A stretch of DNA of 64,000 nt from Heterodontus francisci (taxonomy: Eukaryota): the NCBI RefSeq assembly GCF_036365525.1, contig NC_090399.1:50252430-50316429 (forward strand). The letters are read 5' to 3'. The notes beneath the pieces were generated by a model. The model was not told the origin of the DNA. It was given only the letters and a program-made list of their open reading frames with translations, and did no database searches. Below, piece after piece: positions 13,401 through 27,320 of the stretch. How positions within the stretch are numbered: the first letter of the stretch is position 1; every line of letters begins with the position of its first letter. A program made the position numbers and the translations under genes.

Positions 13401-16400
13401 AGATAGAACGGGTGTTTCCCGGGTTACTGTTCCAGGTTAGAGATAGAACGGGTGTTTCCCGGGTTACTGTTCCAGGTTAGAGATAGAACGGGTGTTTCCC
13501 GGGTTACTGTTCCAGGTTAGAGATAGAACGGGTGTTTCCCGGGTTACTGTTCCAGGTTAGAGATAGAACATGTGTGTCCCGAGTTACTGTTCCAGGTTAG
13601 TGATAGAACGGGTGTTTCCCGGGTTACTGTTCCAGGTTAGTGATAGAACGGGTGTTTCCCGGGTTACTGTTCCAGGTTAGAGATAGAACGGGTGTTTCCC
13701 GGGTTACTGTTCCAGGTTAGAGATAGAACGGGTGTTTCCCGGGTTACTGTTCCAGGTTAGAGATAGAACATGTGTGTCCCGAGTTACTGTTCCAGGTTAG
13801 AGATAGAACGGGTGTTTCCCGGGTTACTGTTCCAGGTTAGAGATAGAACGGGTGTTTCCCGGGTTACTGTTCCAGGTTAGAGATAGAACGGGTGTTTCCC
13901 GGGTTACTGTTCCAGGTTAGAGATAGAACGGGTGTTTCCCGGGTTACTGTTCCAGGTTAGTGATAGAACATTTGTGTCCCGAGTTACTGTTCCAGGTTAG
14001 AGATAGAACGGGTGTTTCCCGGGTTACTGTTCCAGGTTAGTGATAGAACGGGTGTTTCCCGGGTTACTGTTCCAGGTTAGAGATAGAACATGTGTTTCCC
14101 GGGTTACTGTTCCAGGTTAGTGATAGAACGGGTGTTTCCCGGGTTACTGTTCCAGGTTAGAGACAGAACATGTGTTTCCCGGGTTACTGTTCCAGGTTAG
14201 TGATAGAACAGGTGTTTCCCGGGTTACTGTTCCAGGTTAGTGATAGAACGGGTGTTTCCCGAGTTACTGTTCCAGGTTAATGATAGAACATGTGTTTCCC
14301 GGGTTACTGTTCCAGGTTAGTGATAGAACGGGTGTTTCCCGGGTTACTGTTCCAGGTTAGTGATAGAACGGGTGTTTCCCGGGTTACTGTTCCAGGTTAG
14401 TGATAGAACGGGTGTTTCCCGGGTTACTGTTCCAGGTTAGTGATAGAACGGGTGTTTCCCGGGTTACTGTTCCAGGTTAGTGATAGAACGGGTGTTTCCC
14501 GGGTTACTGTTCCAGGTTAGTGATAGAACGGGTGTTTCCCGAGTTACTGTTCCAGGTTAGTGATAGAACGGGTGTTTCCCGGGTTACTGTTCCAGGTTAG
14601 AGATAGAACATGTGTTTCCCGGGTTACTGTTCCAGGTTAGTGATAGAACGGGTGTTTCCCGGGTTACTGTTCCAGGTTAGTGATAGAACATGTGTTTCCC
14701 GGGTTACTGTTCCAGGTTAGTGATAGAACGGGTGTTTCCCGGGTTACTGTTCCAGGTTAGTGATAGAACATGTGTGTCCCGAGTTACTGTTCCAGGTTAG
14801 TGATAGAACATGTGTGTCCCGAGTTACTGTTCCAGGTTAGTGATAGAACGGGTGTTTCCCGGGTTACTGTTCCAGGTTAGTGATAGAACATGTGTGTCCC
14901 GAGTTACTGTTCCAGGTTAGTGATAGAACATGTGTGTCCCGAGTTACTGTTCCAGGTTAGTGATAGAACGGGTGTTTCCCGGGTTACTGTTCCAGGTTAG
15001 TGATAGAACGGGTGTTTCCCGGGTTACTGTTCCAGGTTAGAGATAGAACGGGTGTTTCCCGGGTTACTGTTCCAGGTTAGTGATAGAACGGGTGTTTCCC
15101 GGGTTACTGTTCCAGGTTCGTGATAGAACGGGTGTTTTCCGGGTTACTGTTCCAGGTTAGTGATAGAACGGGTGTTTCCCGGGTTACTGTTCCAGGTTCG
15201 TGATAGAACGGGTGTTTCCCGCGTTACTGTTCCAGGTTAGTGATAGAACGGGTGTTTTCCGGGTTACTGTTCCAGGTTAGTGATAGAACGGGTGTTTCCC
15301 GGGTTACTGTTCCAGGTTAGTGATAGAACGGGTGTTTCCCGGGTTACTGTTCCAGGTTAGAGATAGAACGGGTGTTTCCCGGGTTACTGTTCCAGGTTAG
15401 TGATAGAACGGGTGTTTCCGTGTTACTGTTCCAGGTTAGTGATAGAACGGGTGTTTCCCGAGTTACTGTTCCAGGTTAGTGATAGAACGGGTGTTTCCCG
15501 AGTTACTGTTCCAGGTTAGAGATAGAACGGGTGTTTCCCGGGTTACTGTTCCAGGTTAGAGATAGAACGGGTGTTTCCCGAGTTACTGTTCCAGGTTAGT
15601 GATAGAACGGGTGTTTCCCGCGTTACTGTTCCAGGTTAGTGATAGAACGGGTGTTTCCCGAGTTACTGTTCCAGGTTAGAGATAGAACGGGTGTTTCCCG
15701 GGTTACTGTTCCAGGTTAGAGATAGAACGGGTGTTTCCCGAGTTACTGTTCCAGGTTAGTGATAGAACGGGTGTTTCCCGAGTTACTGTTCCAGGTTAGA
15801 GATAGAACGGGTGTTTCCCGGGTTACTGTTCCAGGTTAGAGATAGAACGGGTGTTTCCCGAGTTACTGTTCCAGGCTAGTGATAGAACGGGTGTTTCCCG
15901 AGTTACTGTTCCAGGTTAGAGATAGAACGGGTGTTTCCCGGGTTACTGTTCCAGGTTAGAGATAGAACGGGTGTTTCCCGAGTTACTGTTCCAGGTTAGT
16001 GATAGAACGGGTGTTTCCCGGGTTACTGTTCCAGGTTAGAGATAGAACGGGTGTTTCCCGAGTTACTGTTCCAGGTTAGTGATAGAACGGGTGTTTCCCG
16101 AGTTACTGTTCCAGGTTAGAGATAGAACGGGTGTTTCCCGGGTTACTGTTCCAGGTTAGAGATAGAACGGGTGTTTCCCGGGTTACTGTTCCAGGTTAGA
16201 GATAGAACGGGTGTTTCCCGGGTTACTGTTCCAGGTTAGTGATAGAACATGTGTGTCCCATGTTACTGTTCCAGGTTAGTGATAGAACATGTGTTTCCCG
16301 GGTTACTGTTCCAAGTTAGTGATAGAACGGGTGTTTCCCGGGTTACTGTTCCAGGTTAGTGATAGAACGGGTGTTTCCCGGGTTACTGTTCCAGGTTAGT

Positions 16401-19400
16401 GATAGAACGGGTGTTTCCCGGGTTACTGTTCCAGGTTAGTGATAGAACATGTGTTTCCCGGGTTACTGTTCCAGGTTAGTGATAGAACGGGTGTTTCCCG
16501 GGTTACTGTTCCAGGTTAGTGATAGAACATGTGTGTCCCAAGTTACTGTTCCAGGTTAGAGATAGTACGGGTGTTTTCCGGGTTACTGTTCCAGGTTAGT
16601 GATAGAACATGTGTTTCCCGGGTTACTGTTCCAGGTTAGTGATAGAACGGGTGTTTTCCGGGTTACTGTTCCAGGTTAGTGATAGAACATGTGTGTCCCA
16701 AGTTACTGTTCCAGGTTAGAGATAGTACGGGTGTTTTCCGGGTTACTGTTCCAGGTTAGTGATAGAACATGTGTGTCCCAAGTTACTGTTCCAGGTTAGT
16801 GATAGAACATGTGTTTCCCGGGTTACTGTTCCAAGTTAGTGATAGAACGGGTGTTTCCCGGGTTACTGTTCCAGGTTAGTGATAGAACATGTGTGTCCCA
16901 AGTTACTGTTCCAGGTTAGAGATAGTACGGGTGTTTTCCGGGTTACTGTTCCAGGTTAGTGATAGAACATGTGTTTCCCGGGTTACTGTTCCAGGTTAGT
17001 GATAGAACGGGTGTTTCCCGGGTTACTGTTCCAGGTTAGTGATAGAACATGTGTGTCCCAAGTTACTGTTCCAGGTTAGTGATAGAACATGTGTTTTCCG
17101 GGTTACTGTTCCAGGTTAGTGATAGAACATGTGTGTCCCAAGTTACTGTTCCAGGTTAGTGATAGAACATGTGTTTCCCGGGTTACTGTTCCAAGTTAGT
17201 GATAGAACGGGTGTTTCCCGGGTTACTGTTCCAGGTTAGTGATAGAACATGTGTGTCCCAAGTTACTGTTCCAGGTTAGAGATAGTACGGGTGTTTTCCG
17301 GGTTACTGTTCCAGGTTAGTGATAGAACATGTGTTTCCCGGGTTACTGTTCCAGGTTAGTGATAGAACGGGTGTTTCCCGGGTTACTGTTCCAGGTTAGT
17401 GATAGAACATGTGTGTCCCAAGTTACTGTTCCAGGTTAGTGATAGAACATGTGTTTTCCGGGTTACTGTTCCAGGTTAGTGATAGAACATGTGTGTCCCA
17501 AGTTACTGTTCCAGGTTAGTGATAGAACATGTGTTTCCCGGGTTACTGTTCCAAGTTAGTGATAGAACGGGTGTTTCCCGGGTTACTGTTCCAGGTTAGT
17601 GATAGAACATGTGTGTCCCAAGTTACTGTTCCAGGTTAGAGATAGTACGGGTGTTTTCCGGGTTACTGTTCCAGGTTAGTGATAGAACATGTGTGTCCCA
17701 AGTTACTGTTCCAGGTTAGAGATAGTACGGGTGTTTTCCGGGTTACTGTTCCAGGTTAGTGATAGAACGGGTGTTTCCCGGGTTACTGTTCCAGGTTAGT
17801 GATAGAACGGGTGTTTCCCGGGTTACTGTTCCAGGTTAGAGATAGAACGGGTGTTTTCCGGGTTACTGTTCCAGGTTAGTGATAGAACGGGTGTTTCCCG
17901 GGTTACTGTTCCAGGTTAGAGATAGAACATGTGTTTCCCGGGTTACTGTTCCAGGTTAGAGATAGAACGGGTGTTTTCCGGGTTACTGTTCCAGGTTAGT
18001 GATAGAACGGGTGTTTCCCGGGTTACTGTTCCAGGTTAGTGATAGAACATGTGTTTCCCGGGTTACTGTTCCAGGTTAGTGATAGAACGGGTGTTTCCCG
18101 GGTTACTGTTCCAGGTTAGTGATAGAACGGGTGTTTCCCGGGTTACTGTTCCAGGTTAGAGATAGAACGGGTGTTTCCCGGGTTACTGTTCCAGGTTAGA
18201 GATAGAACGGGTGTTTCCCGAGTTACTGTTCCAGGTTAGTGATAGAACGGGTGTTTCCCGGGTTACTGTTCCAGGTTAGTGATAGAACGGGTGTTTCCCG
18301 GGTTACTGTTCCAGGTTAGAGATAGAACGGGTGTTTCCCGAGTTACTGTTCCAGGTTAGTGATAGAACGGGTGTTTCCCGGGTTACTGTTCCAGGTTAGT
18401 GATAGAACGGGTGTTTCCCGGGTTACTGTTCCAGGTTAGTGATAGAACGGGTGTTTCCCGGGTTACTGTTCCAGGTTAGTGATAGAACGGGTGTTTCCCG
18501 AGTTACTGTTCCAGGTTAGTGATAGAACGGGTGTTTCCCGGGTTACTGTTCCAGGTTAGTGATAGAACGGGTGTTTCCCGGGTTACTGTTCCAGGTTAGA
18601 GATAGAACGGGTGTTTCCCGGGTTACTGTTCCAGGTTAGTGATAGAACGGGTGTTTCCCGGGTTACTGTTCCAGGTTAGAGATAGAACGGGTGTTTCCCG
18701 GGTTACTGTTCCAGGTTAGTGATAGAACATGTGTTTCCCGGGTTACTGTTCCAGGTTAGAGATAGAACGGGTGTTTCCCGGGTTACTGTTCCAGGTTAGT
18801 GATAGAACGGGTGTTTCCCGGGTTACTGTTCCAGGTTAGTGATAGAACGGGTGTTTCCCGGGTTACTGTTCCAGGTTAGAGATAGAACGGGTGTTTTCCG
18901 TGTTACTGTTCCAGGTTAGAGATAGGATGGGTGTTTCCCGGGATACTGTCCAGGTTAGAGATAGACAAAGTATGTCTCGGGACACTGTTCAGGGTTCGAG
19001 ATATACTGGGTGTGACCCAGTTTACTGTCCAGGTTAGAGATAGACCGGGTGTGCCCAAGGTTACTATTCCAGTTAGAGATAGACCGGGTGTGTCCTGGGT
19101 TACTGTTCCGGGTTTGAAATAGACCGATGTGTCTCGGGTTACTGTTGCGGGTTAGAAATAGACCGATGTATCCCGGGTTACTGTTCCGGGTTCGAAATAG
19201 ACCGATGTGTCCCGGGTTACTGTTCTGGTTTGGAGGTAAAACGGGTGTGTCCCTGGTTACTATTCTGGGTTAGAGATGGACCAGGTGTATCCCAGGTTAC
19301 TGTTCTGGGTTAGTGATAGAACATGTGTTTCCCGGGTTACTGTTCCAGGTTAGTGATAGAACGGGTGTTTCCCGGGTTACTGTTCCAGGTTAGTGATAGA

Positions 19401-22400
19401 ACATGTGTGTCCCAAGTTACTGTTCCAGGTTAGAGATAGTACGGGTGTTTTCCGGGTTACTGTTCCAGGTTAGTGATAGAACATGTGTTTCCCGGGTTAC
19501 TGTTCCAGGTTAGTGATAGAACGGGTGTTTTCCGGGTTACTGTTCCAGGTTAGTGATAGAACATGTGTGTCCCAAGTTACTGTTCCAGGTTAGAGATAGT
19601 ACGGGTGTTTTCCGGGTTACTGTTCCAGGTTAGTGATAGAACATGTGTGTCCCAAGTTACTGTTCCAGGTTAGTGATAGAACATGTGTTTCCCGGGTTAC
19701 TGTTCCAAGTTAGTGATAGAACGGGTGTTTCCCGGGTTACTGTTCCAGGTTAGTGATAGAACATGTGTGTCCCAAGTTACTGTTCCAGGTTAGAGATAGT
19801 ACGGGTGTTTTCCGGGTTACTGTTCCAGGTTAGTGATAGAACATGTGTTTCCCGGGTTACTGTTCCAGGTTAGTGATAGAACGGGTGTTTCCCGGGTTAC
19901 TGTTCCAGGTTAGTGATAGAACATGTGTGTCCCAAGTTACTGTTCCAGGTTAGTGATAGAACATGTGTTTTCCGGGTTACTGTTCCAGGTTAGTGATAGA
20001 ACATGTGTGTCCCAAGTTACTGTTCCAGGTTAGTGATAGAACATGTGTTTCCCGGGTTACTGTTCCAAGTTAGTGATAGAACGGGTGTTTCCCGGGTTAC
20101 TGTTCCAGGTTAGTGATAGAACATGTGTGTCCCAAGTTACTGTTCCAGGTTAGAGATAGTACGGGTGTTTTCCGGGTTACTGTTCCAGGTTAGTGATAGA
20201 ACATGTGTTTCCCGGGTTACTGTTCCAGGTTAGTGATAGAACGGGTGTTTCCCGGGTTACTGTTCCAGGTTAGTGATAGAACATGTGTGTCCCAAGTTAC
20301 TGTTCCAGGTTAGTGATAGAACATGTGTTTTCCGGGTTACTGTTCCAGGTTAGTGATAGAACATGTGTGTCCCAAGTTACTGTTCCAGGTTAGTGATAGA
20401 ACATGTGTTTCCCGGGTTACTGTTCCAAGTTAGTGATAGAACGGGTGTTTCCCGGGTTACTGTTCCAGGTTAGTGATAGAACATGTGTGTCCCAAGTTAC
20501 TGTTCCAGGTTAGAGATAGTACGGGTGTTTTCCGGGTTACTGTTCCAGGTTAGTGATAGAACATGTGTGTCCCAAGTTACTGTTCCAGGTTAGAGATAGT
20601 ACGGGTGTTTTCCGGGTTACTGTTCCAGGTTAGTGATAGAACGGGTGTTTCCCGGGTTACTGTTCCAGGTTAGTGATAGAACGGGTGTTTCCCGGGTTAC
20701 TGTTCCAGGTTAGAGATAGAACGGGTGTTTTCCGGGTTACTGTTCCAGGTTAGTGATAGAACGGGTGTTTCCCGGGTTACTGTTCCAGGTTAGAGATAGA
20801 ACATGTGTTTCCCGGGTTACTGTTCCAGGTTAGAGATAGAACGGGTGTTTTCCGGGTTACTGTTCCAGGTTAGTGATAGAACGGGTGTTTCCCGGGTTAC
20901 TGTTCCAGGTTAGTGATAGAACATGTGTTTCCCGGGTTACTGTTCCAGGTTAGTGATAGAACGGGTGTTTCCCGGGTTACTGTTCCAGGTTAGTGATAGA
21001 ACGGGTGTTTCCCGGGTTACTGTTCCAGGTTAGAGATAGAACGGGTGTTTCCCGGGTTACTGTTCCAGGTTAGAGATAGAACGGGTGTTTCCCGAGTTAC
21101 TGTTCCAGGTTAGTGATAGAACGGGTGTTTCCCGGGTTACTGTTCCAGGTTAGTGATAGAACGGGTGTTTCCCGGGTTACTGTTCCAGGTTAGAGATAGA
21201 ACGGGTGTTTCCCGAGTTACTGTTCCAGGTTAGTGATAGAACGGGTGTTTCCCGGGTTACTGTTCCAGGTTAGTGATAGAACGGGTGTTTCCCGGGTTAC
21301 TGTTCCAGGTTAGTGATAGAACGGGTGTTTCCCGGGTTACTGTTCCAGGTTAGTGATAGAACGGGTGTTTCCCGAGTTACTGTTCCAGGTTAGTGATAGA
21401 ACGGGTGTTTCCCGGGTTACTGTTCCAGGTTAGTGATAGAACGGGTGTTTCCCGGGTTACTGTTCCAGGTTAGAGATAGAACGGGTGTTTCCCGGGTTAC
21501 TGTTCCAGGTTAGTGATAGAACGGGTGTTTCCCGGGTTACTGTTCCAGGTTAGAGATAGAACGGGTGTTTCCCGGGTTACTGTTCCAGGTTAGTGATAGA
21601 ACATGTGTTTCCCGGGTTACTGTTCCAGGTTAGAGATAGAACGGGTGTTTCCCGGGTTACTGTTCCAGGTTAGTGATAGAACGGGTGTTTCCCGGGTTAC
21701 TGTTCCAGGTTAGTGATAGAACGGGTGTTTCCCGGGTTACTGTTCCAGGTTAGAGATAGAACGGGTGTTTTCCGTGTTACTGTTCCAGGTTAGAGATAGG
21801 ATGGGTGTTTCCCGGGATACTGTCCAGGTTAGAGATAGACAAAGTATGTCTCGGGACACTGTTCAGGGTTCGAGATATACTGGGTGTGACCCAGTTTACT
21901 GTCCAGGTTAGAGATAGACCGGGTGTGCCCAAGGTTACTATTCCAGTTAGAGATAGACCGGGTGTGTCCTGGGTTACTGTTCCGGGTTTGAAATAGACCG
22001 ATGTGTCTCGGGTTACTGTTGCGGGTTAGAAATAGACCGATGTATCCCGGGTTACTGTTCCGGGTTCGAAATAGACCGATGTGTCCCGGGTTACTGTTCT
22101 GGTTTGGAGGTAAAACGGGTGTGTCCCTGGTTACTATTCTGGGTTAGAGATGGACCAGGTGTATCCCAGGTTACTGTTCTGGGTTAGAGCTAGTCCAGGT
22201 ATGTCCCGGGTTACTGTTCCGGGTTAGAGATTTACCAGATGTGTCCCAGTTTACCATCCATATTAGAGATAGACTGGGTGTGTCCCGGGTTACTGTTCAT
22301 GTTAGAGATGGAGCGGGTGTGTCCCGGGTTACTGCTCCGGGTTAGAGATAGACCGGGTTACTGTTCCTGGTTACTGTTCCAGTTTAGAGATAGACCGGGC

Positions 22401-25400
22401 CTGTCCCAAGTTACTGTTCTGAGTTAGAGATAGACCAGGTGTATCCTGGGTTACTATTCCAGTTAGAGATAGACTGGATGTGTCCTGGCTTACTATTCCG
22501 GTTAGAGATAGACCGGGTCTGTTCTGGGTACTGTCCAAGTTAGAGATAGACCGGGTGTGTCCTGGGTACTGTCCAAGTTAGAGATAGACAGGGTGTGTCC
22601 CGGTTTGCTGTTCTGGGTCAGAAATAGACCGATGTGTCTCGGGTCACTGTTCCGGGTTAGAGATAAAACGGGTGTGTCCCAGGTTACTATTCTGGGTTAG
22701 GGATAGACCAGGAGTGTCCCGGGTTACTGCTCCAGGTTAGAGATAGACCAGGCGTGTCCCGGGTTACTGCTCCAGGTTAGAGATAGGTCAGGTGTGTCCC
22801 GGGTTACTGATCTAGTTTCCTGATGGACCGGGTGTGTCTCGGGTTACTGTTCCAGGTTAGAGATAGACTGCGTGTATCCCAGGTTACTGTTCCAGATTAG
22901 AGGTAGACTGAGTGTGTTCCGGGTTACTGTACTGGGTTAGAGATAGACCGGATATGTCATGGGATACTGACCCGGGTTAGAGATAGACCAGGTATCTCCC
23001 AGGTTACTGTTCTGGGTCAGAGATAGACCGGGTGTGTCCCGGGTTTCTGTTCCATGTGAGAGATAGACCGGGTGTCTTCCGGGTTCTCTTCTGAATTTGA
23101 GATACACCGGGTGTGTCCCGGGTTTCTTTTCTTGGTGAGACATAGACCGGGTGTGTCCCGGGTTACTGTTCCGGTTTAGAGACAGACTGGGTGTGTCCAG
23201 GCTTATTGTACAGGGTTAAGGATAAACCGGTATGTCCCGGGTTACAGTTCCAGGCTAGAGAAAGAAAGACAGGGCGTGTCCCGGGTTGACTGCTCTTGTT
23301 TCCTGATGGACCGGGTGTGTCCTTGGTTACTGTTCCAGGTTAGAAATAGACTGGGTGTGTCCCGAGTTACTCTTCTGGGTTAGAGATAGACTGGGTGTGT
23401 CCTGGGTTACTGACCCAGGTTAGAAATAGACCAGATGTGTCCCGAGTTACTGTTCCAGATTAGAGATAGAACGGGTGTATCCCGAGTTACTGTTCTGAGG
23501 TAGAGATAGACTGGGTGTGTCCTGGGTTACTGTTCCAGGTTAGCGATAGATCGGATGTATACCGGATTATTGTGTTGGGTGAGAGATGGACCAGGCGTGT
23601 CCCAGGTTACTCCTCCGGGTTAGAGATAGACAGGGTGCGTCCCGGGTTACTGTTCCAGGTTAGAGATAGACAGGGTGCGTCCCGGGTTACTGTTCCAGGT
23701 TAGAGATAGACAGGGTGCGTCCCGGGTTACTGTTCCAGGTTAGAGATAGACTGGATATGTCCTGGGATCCTGTCCCGGGTTAGAAATAGACTGGGTGTGT
23801 CCTGTGTTACTGTTCCAGGTTAGAAATAGACCAGGTGTGTCTCGAGTTACTGTTCCAGGTTCGAGATAGACCGGGTGTATCCCGAGTTACTGTTCTGAGG
23901 TAGAGATATTTTGGGTGTGTCCTGGGTTACTGTTCCAGGTTGGAGATAGACCGGGTGTGTCCCGCGTTACTGTTCCAGGTTAGAGATAGACTGGGTGTGT
24001 CCTGGGTTACGGTTCCATTAGAGATAGACCGGGTGTGGCCCGAGTTACTGTTCCAGGTTAGAGATCGACCGGGTGTGTCCCGAGTTACTATTCTGGGTCA
24101 GAGATAGACCATGTGTGTCCTGGGTTAGTGTTCCAGGTTAGAGATAGACCGGGTCTGTCCCGAGTTACTGTTCCAGGTTAGAGATAGACCGGGTTGTCCC
24201 GAGTTGCTGTTCGGGGTTAGAGATAGACCAAGTGTGTCCTGGGTTACCCTTCCAGGTTAGCGATAGATCGGATATGTCCTGGGATACTGTCCCTGGTTAG
24301 AGATAGACTGGGTATCTCCCAACATACTGTCCCAGGTTAGAGATAGACCAGGTGTGTCCCGAGTTACTGTTCCAGGTTTGAGATAGACCAGGTGTGTCCC
24401 GATTTACTGTTCTGGGTTAGAGATAGACTGGGTGTGTCCTGGGTTACTGTTCCAGGTTAGAGATTGACCGGGTGTGTCCTGGGTTACTGTTGCGGGTTAG
24501 AAATAGACCGATGGATCCCGGGTTACTGTTCCGGGTTCGAAATAGACCGATGTGTCCCGGGTTACTGTTCTGGTTTGGAGGTAAAACGGGTGTGTCCCTG
24601 GTTACTATTCTGGGTTAGAGATAGACCAGGTGTATCCCAGGTTACTGTTCTGGGTTAGAGCTAGTCCAGGTATGTTCCGGGTTACTGTTCCGGGTTAGAG
24701 ATTTACCAGATGTGTCCCAGTTTACCATCCATATTAGGGATAGACTGGGTGCGTCCCCGGTTACTGTCCATGTTAGAGATGGAGCGGGTGTGTCCCGGGT
24801 TACTGTTCCGGGTTAGAGATAGACCGGGTTACTGTTCCTGGTTACTTTTCCAGTTTAGAGATAGACCGGGCCTGTCCCAAGTTACTGTTCTGAGTTAGAG
24901 ATAGACCAGGTGTATCCTGGGTTACTATTCCAGTTAGAGATAGACTGGGTGTGTCCTGGCTTACTATTCCGGTTAGAGATAGACCGGGTGTGTCCTGGGT
25001 ACTGTCCAAGTTAGAGATAGACAGGGTGTGTCCCGGTTTGCTGTTCTGGGTCAGAAATAGACCGATGTGTCTCGGGTCACTGTTCCGGGTTAGAGATAGT
25101 CAGTGTGTGTCCCGGGTTACTGTTCTGGGTTGGAGATAAAACGGGTGTGTCCCAGGTTACTATTCTGGGTTAGGGATAGACCAGGAGTGTCCCGGGTTAC
25201 TGCTCCAGGTTAGAGATAGACCAGGTGTGTCCCGATTTACTGTTCTGGGTTAGAGATAGACTGGGTGTGTCCTGGGTTACTGTTCCAGGTTAGAGATTGA
25301 CCGGGTGTGTCCTGGGTTACTGTTCCACGTTAGAGATAGACAGGGTGTATCCCGGGTTACTGTTCCGGGTTAGAGATAGACAGGGTGTATCCCGGGTTAC

Positions 25401-26578
25401 TGTTCCTGGTTAGCGATAGATCAGATGTGTCCCGGATTATTGTGTTGGGTGAGAGATGGACCAGGCATATCCCAGGTTACTCCTCCGGGTTACAGATAGA
25501 CAGGGTGTGCCCCAGGTTAATGTTCTGGGTTAGAGATAGACTGGATGTGTCCTGGGATATTGTCCCGGGTTAGAGATAGACTGGGCATCTCCCAACATAC
25601 TGTTCCAGGTTAGCGATAGACCGGGAGTGCCCTGGGTACTGTCCAAGTTAGAGATAGACTGGGTGTGTCCCGGATTACTGTCCCTGGTTAGAAATAGACT
25701 GATGTGTTTCGGGTTACTGTTCCGAGTTGGAGATAGACCAGGTGTATCCGAGGTTACTGCCCATGTTAGAGATAGACCGGGCTTGTCCCGGGTTACTGTT
25801 CCAAGTTTGAGATAGACCGGGTATGTCCCAGGATAGTTTTCCAGGTTTGAAATAGATAGTATATGTCCCAGGTTACTGTTCCTGTTTAGAGATAGGCCAT
25901 GTGTGTCCTGGGTTACCATTCCGGGTTAGAGATTGACCGGGTGTGTCCCGGGTTACTATTCCAGGTTGGGGATAGATCGGGTGAGTCCGAGATTACTCTT
26001 CTGGGTTAGAGATAGCCTGAGTGTGTCCCGCTTTACTATTCCAGGTGAGAGATAAACCGGGTGGGTCCGAGATTACTCTTTCGGGTTAGGGGTAAACCGG
26101 GTGTGTCCCGGGTTACAGTTCCAGGTTAGAGGTAGACCGGGTGTGTCCTGGATTACCGTTCCAGTTTGGAGATAGACTGGGTGCGTCCCAGGTTACAGTT
26201 CCAGGTTAGAGATAGACCCGGAGTGTTCTGGGTTACTGTTCCAGGTTAGAGATAGATCGGGTTGTCCCGAGTTGCTGTTCGGGGTTAGAGATAGACCAAG
26301 TGTGTCCTGGGTTACTCTTCCAGGTTAGCGATAGATCGGATATGTCCTGGGATACTGTCCCTGGTTAGAGATAGACTGGGTATCTCCCAACATACTGTCC
26401 CAGGTTAGAGATAGACCAAGTGTGTCCCGAGTTACTGTTCCGGGTTTGAGATAGACCAGGTGTGTCCCGATTTACTGTTCTGGGTTAGAGATAGACTGGG
26501 TGTGTCCTGGGTTACAGTTCCAGGTAAGAGATAGACTGGGTGCGTCCCAGGTTACAGTTCCAGATTAGAGATAAATCG
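10424..26578 (+). repeat. 40-bp satellite, block 2 (about 400 copies, inverted relative to blocks 1 and 3)
   Basis: + strand unit GGTTACTGTTCCAGGTTAG(A/T)GATAGAACGGGTGTTTCCCG is the reverse complement of the block 1 unit. The core (about 11.5-21.8 kb) is highly homogeneous and has higher-order duplications. Confidence 0.97.
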
Positions 26579-26840
26579 GGACATGCCTGGTCTATCTCTA
26601 ACCCGGAACAGTAACCTGGGACATACTCAGTCTATCTTTAACCCGGAATTGTAACCTGGGGCACACCCAGACTGTCACTAACCCGGAACAGTAACCTGGG
26701 ATATACCTGGTCTATTTCTAAATTTGAACAGAACTCGGGACACACCAGTCTATCTCTAACAGGAATGGTATCTGGAACAAACCCAGTCTCTCTCGAACCC
26801 GGAATGGTAGCCCAGGATACACCCAGTCTATCTCTAAATC
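26579..26840 (-). repeat. 40-bp satellite, block 3 (same orientation as block 1)
   Basis: After ...GATAAATCGGG the + strand reads ACATGCCTGGTCTATCTCTAACCCGGAACAGTAACCTGGG, i.e. the block 1 orientation again. Confidence 0.9.
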
Positions 26841-26896
26841 AGAAGAATTATCTCGGTCTAAACACACTCTCGTGCACAACTGGAGTATGGTACGGG

Positions 26897-27320
26897 GGAG
26901 TCCATCAAGACCAAGGAACATTTGGAGGGAAATATTGAGGACTCCCTCCTGACCAGAGAAAATCTGGACGAGATGTTGAGGAGTCCCTCATGACCAGGGA
27001 ACATCTGGAGGGAGCTATTGAGGAGTCCTTCCTGACCAGGGAACATCTGGAGGGAGATGTTGAGCAGTCCCCCCTGACCAGGGAACATCTGGAAGGAGAT
27101 ATTGAGGACTCCCTCCTGACCAGGGAACATCCGGAGGGAGATGTTGAGGAGTCCTTCCTGACCAGGGAACATCTGGAGGGAGATGTTGAGCAGTCCCCCC
27201 TGACCAGGGAACATCTGGAAGGAGATATTGAGGACTCCCTCCTGACCAGGGAACATCCGGAGGGAGATGTTGAGGAGACCCTACCGAAAAGGGAACATCT
27301 GGCGGGAGAAATTCAGGATA
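26897..27320. repeat. 42-bp minisatellite with 126-bp (3-mer) higher-order unit, in intron 1 of gene A
   Basis: CTGACCAGGGAACATCTGGAGGGAGATGTTGAGGAGTCC(T)TC recurs at 27032, 27074, 27116, 27158, 27200 and 27242. Confidence 0.9.

Noticed and set aside
5985-26840. CRISPR-like regular repeats
   Set aside because: These are head-to-tail monomers with no unique spacers and no cas genes, in vertebrate context.
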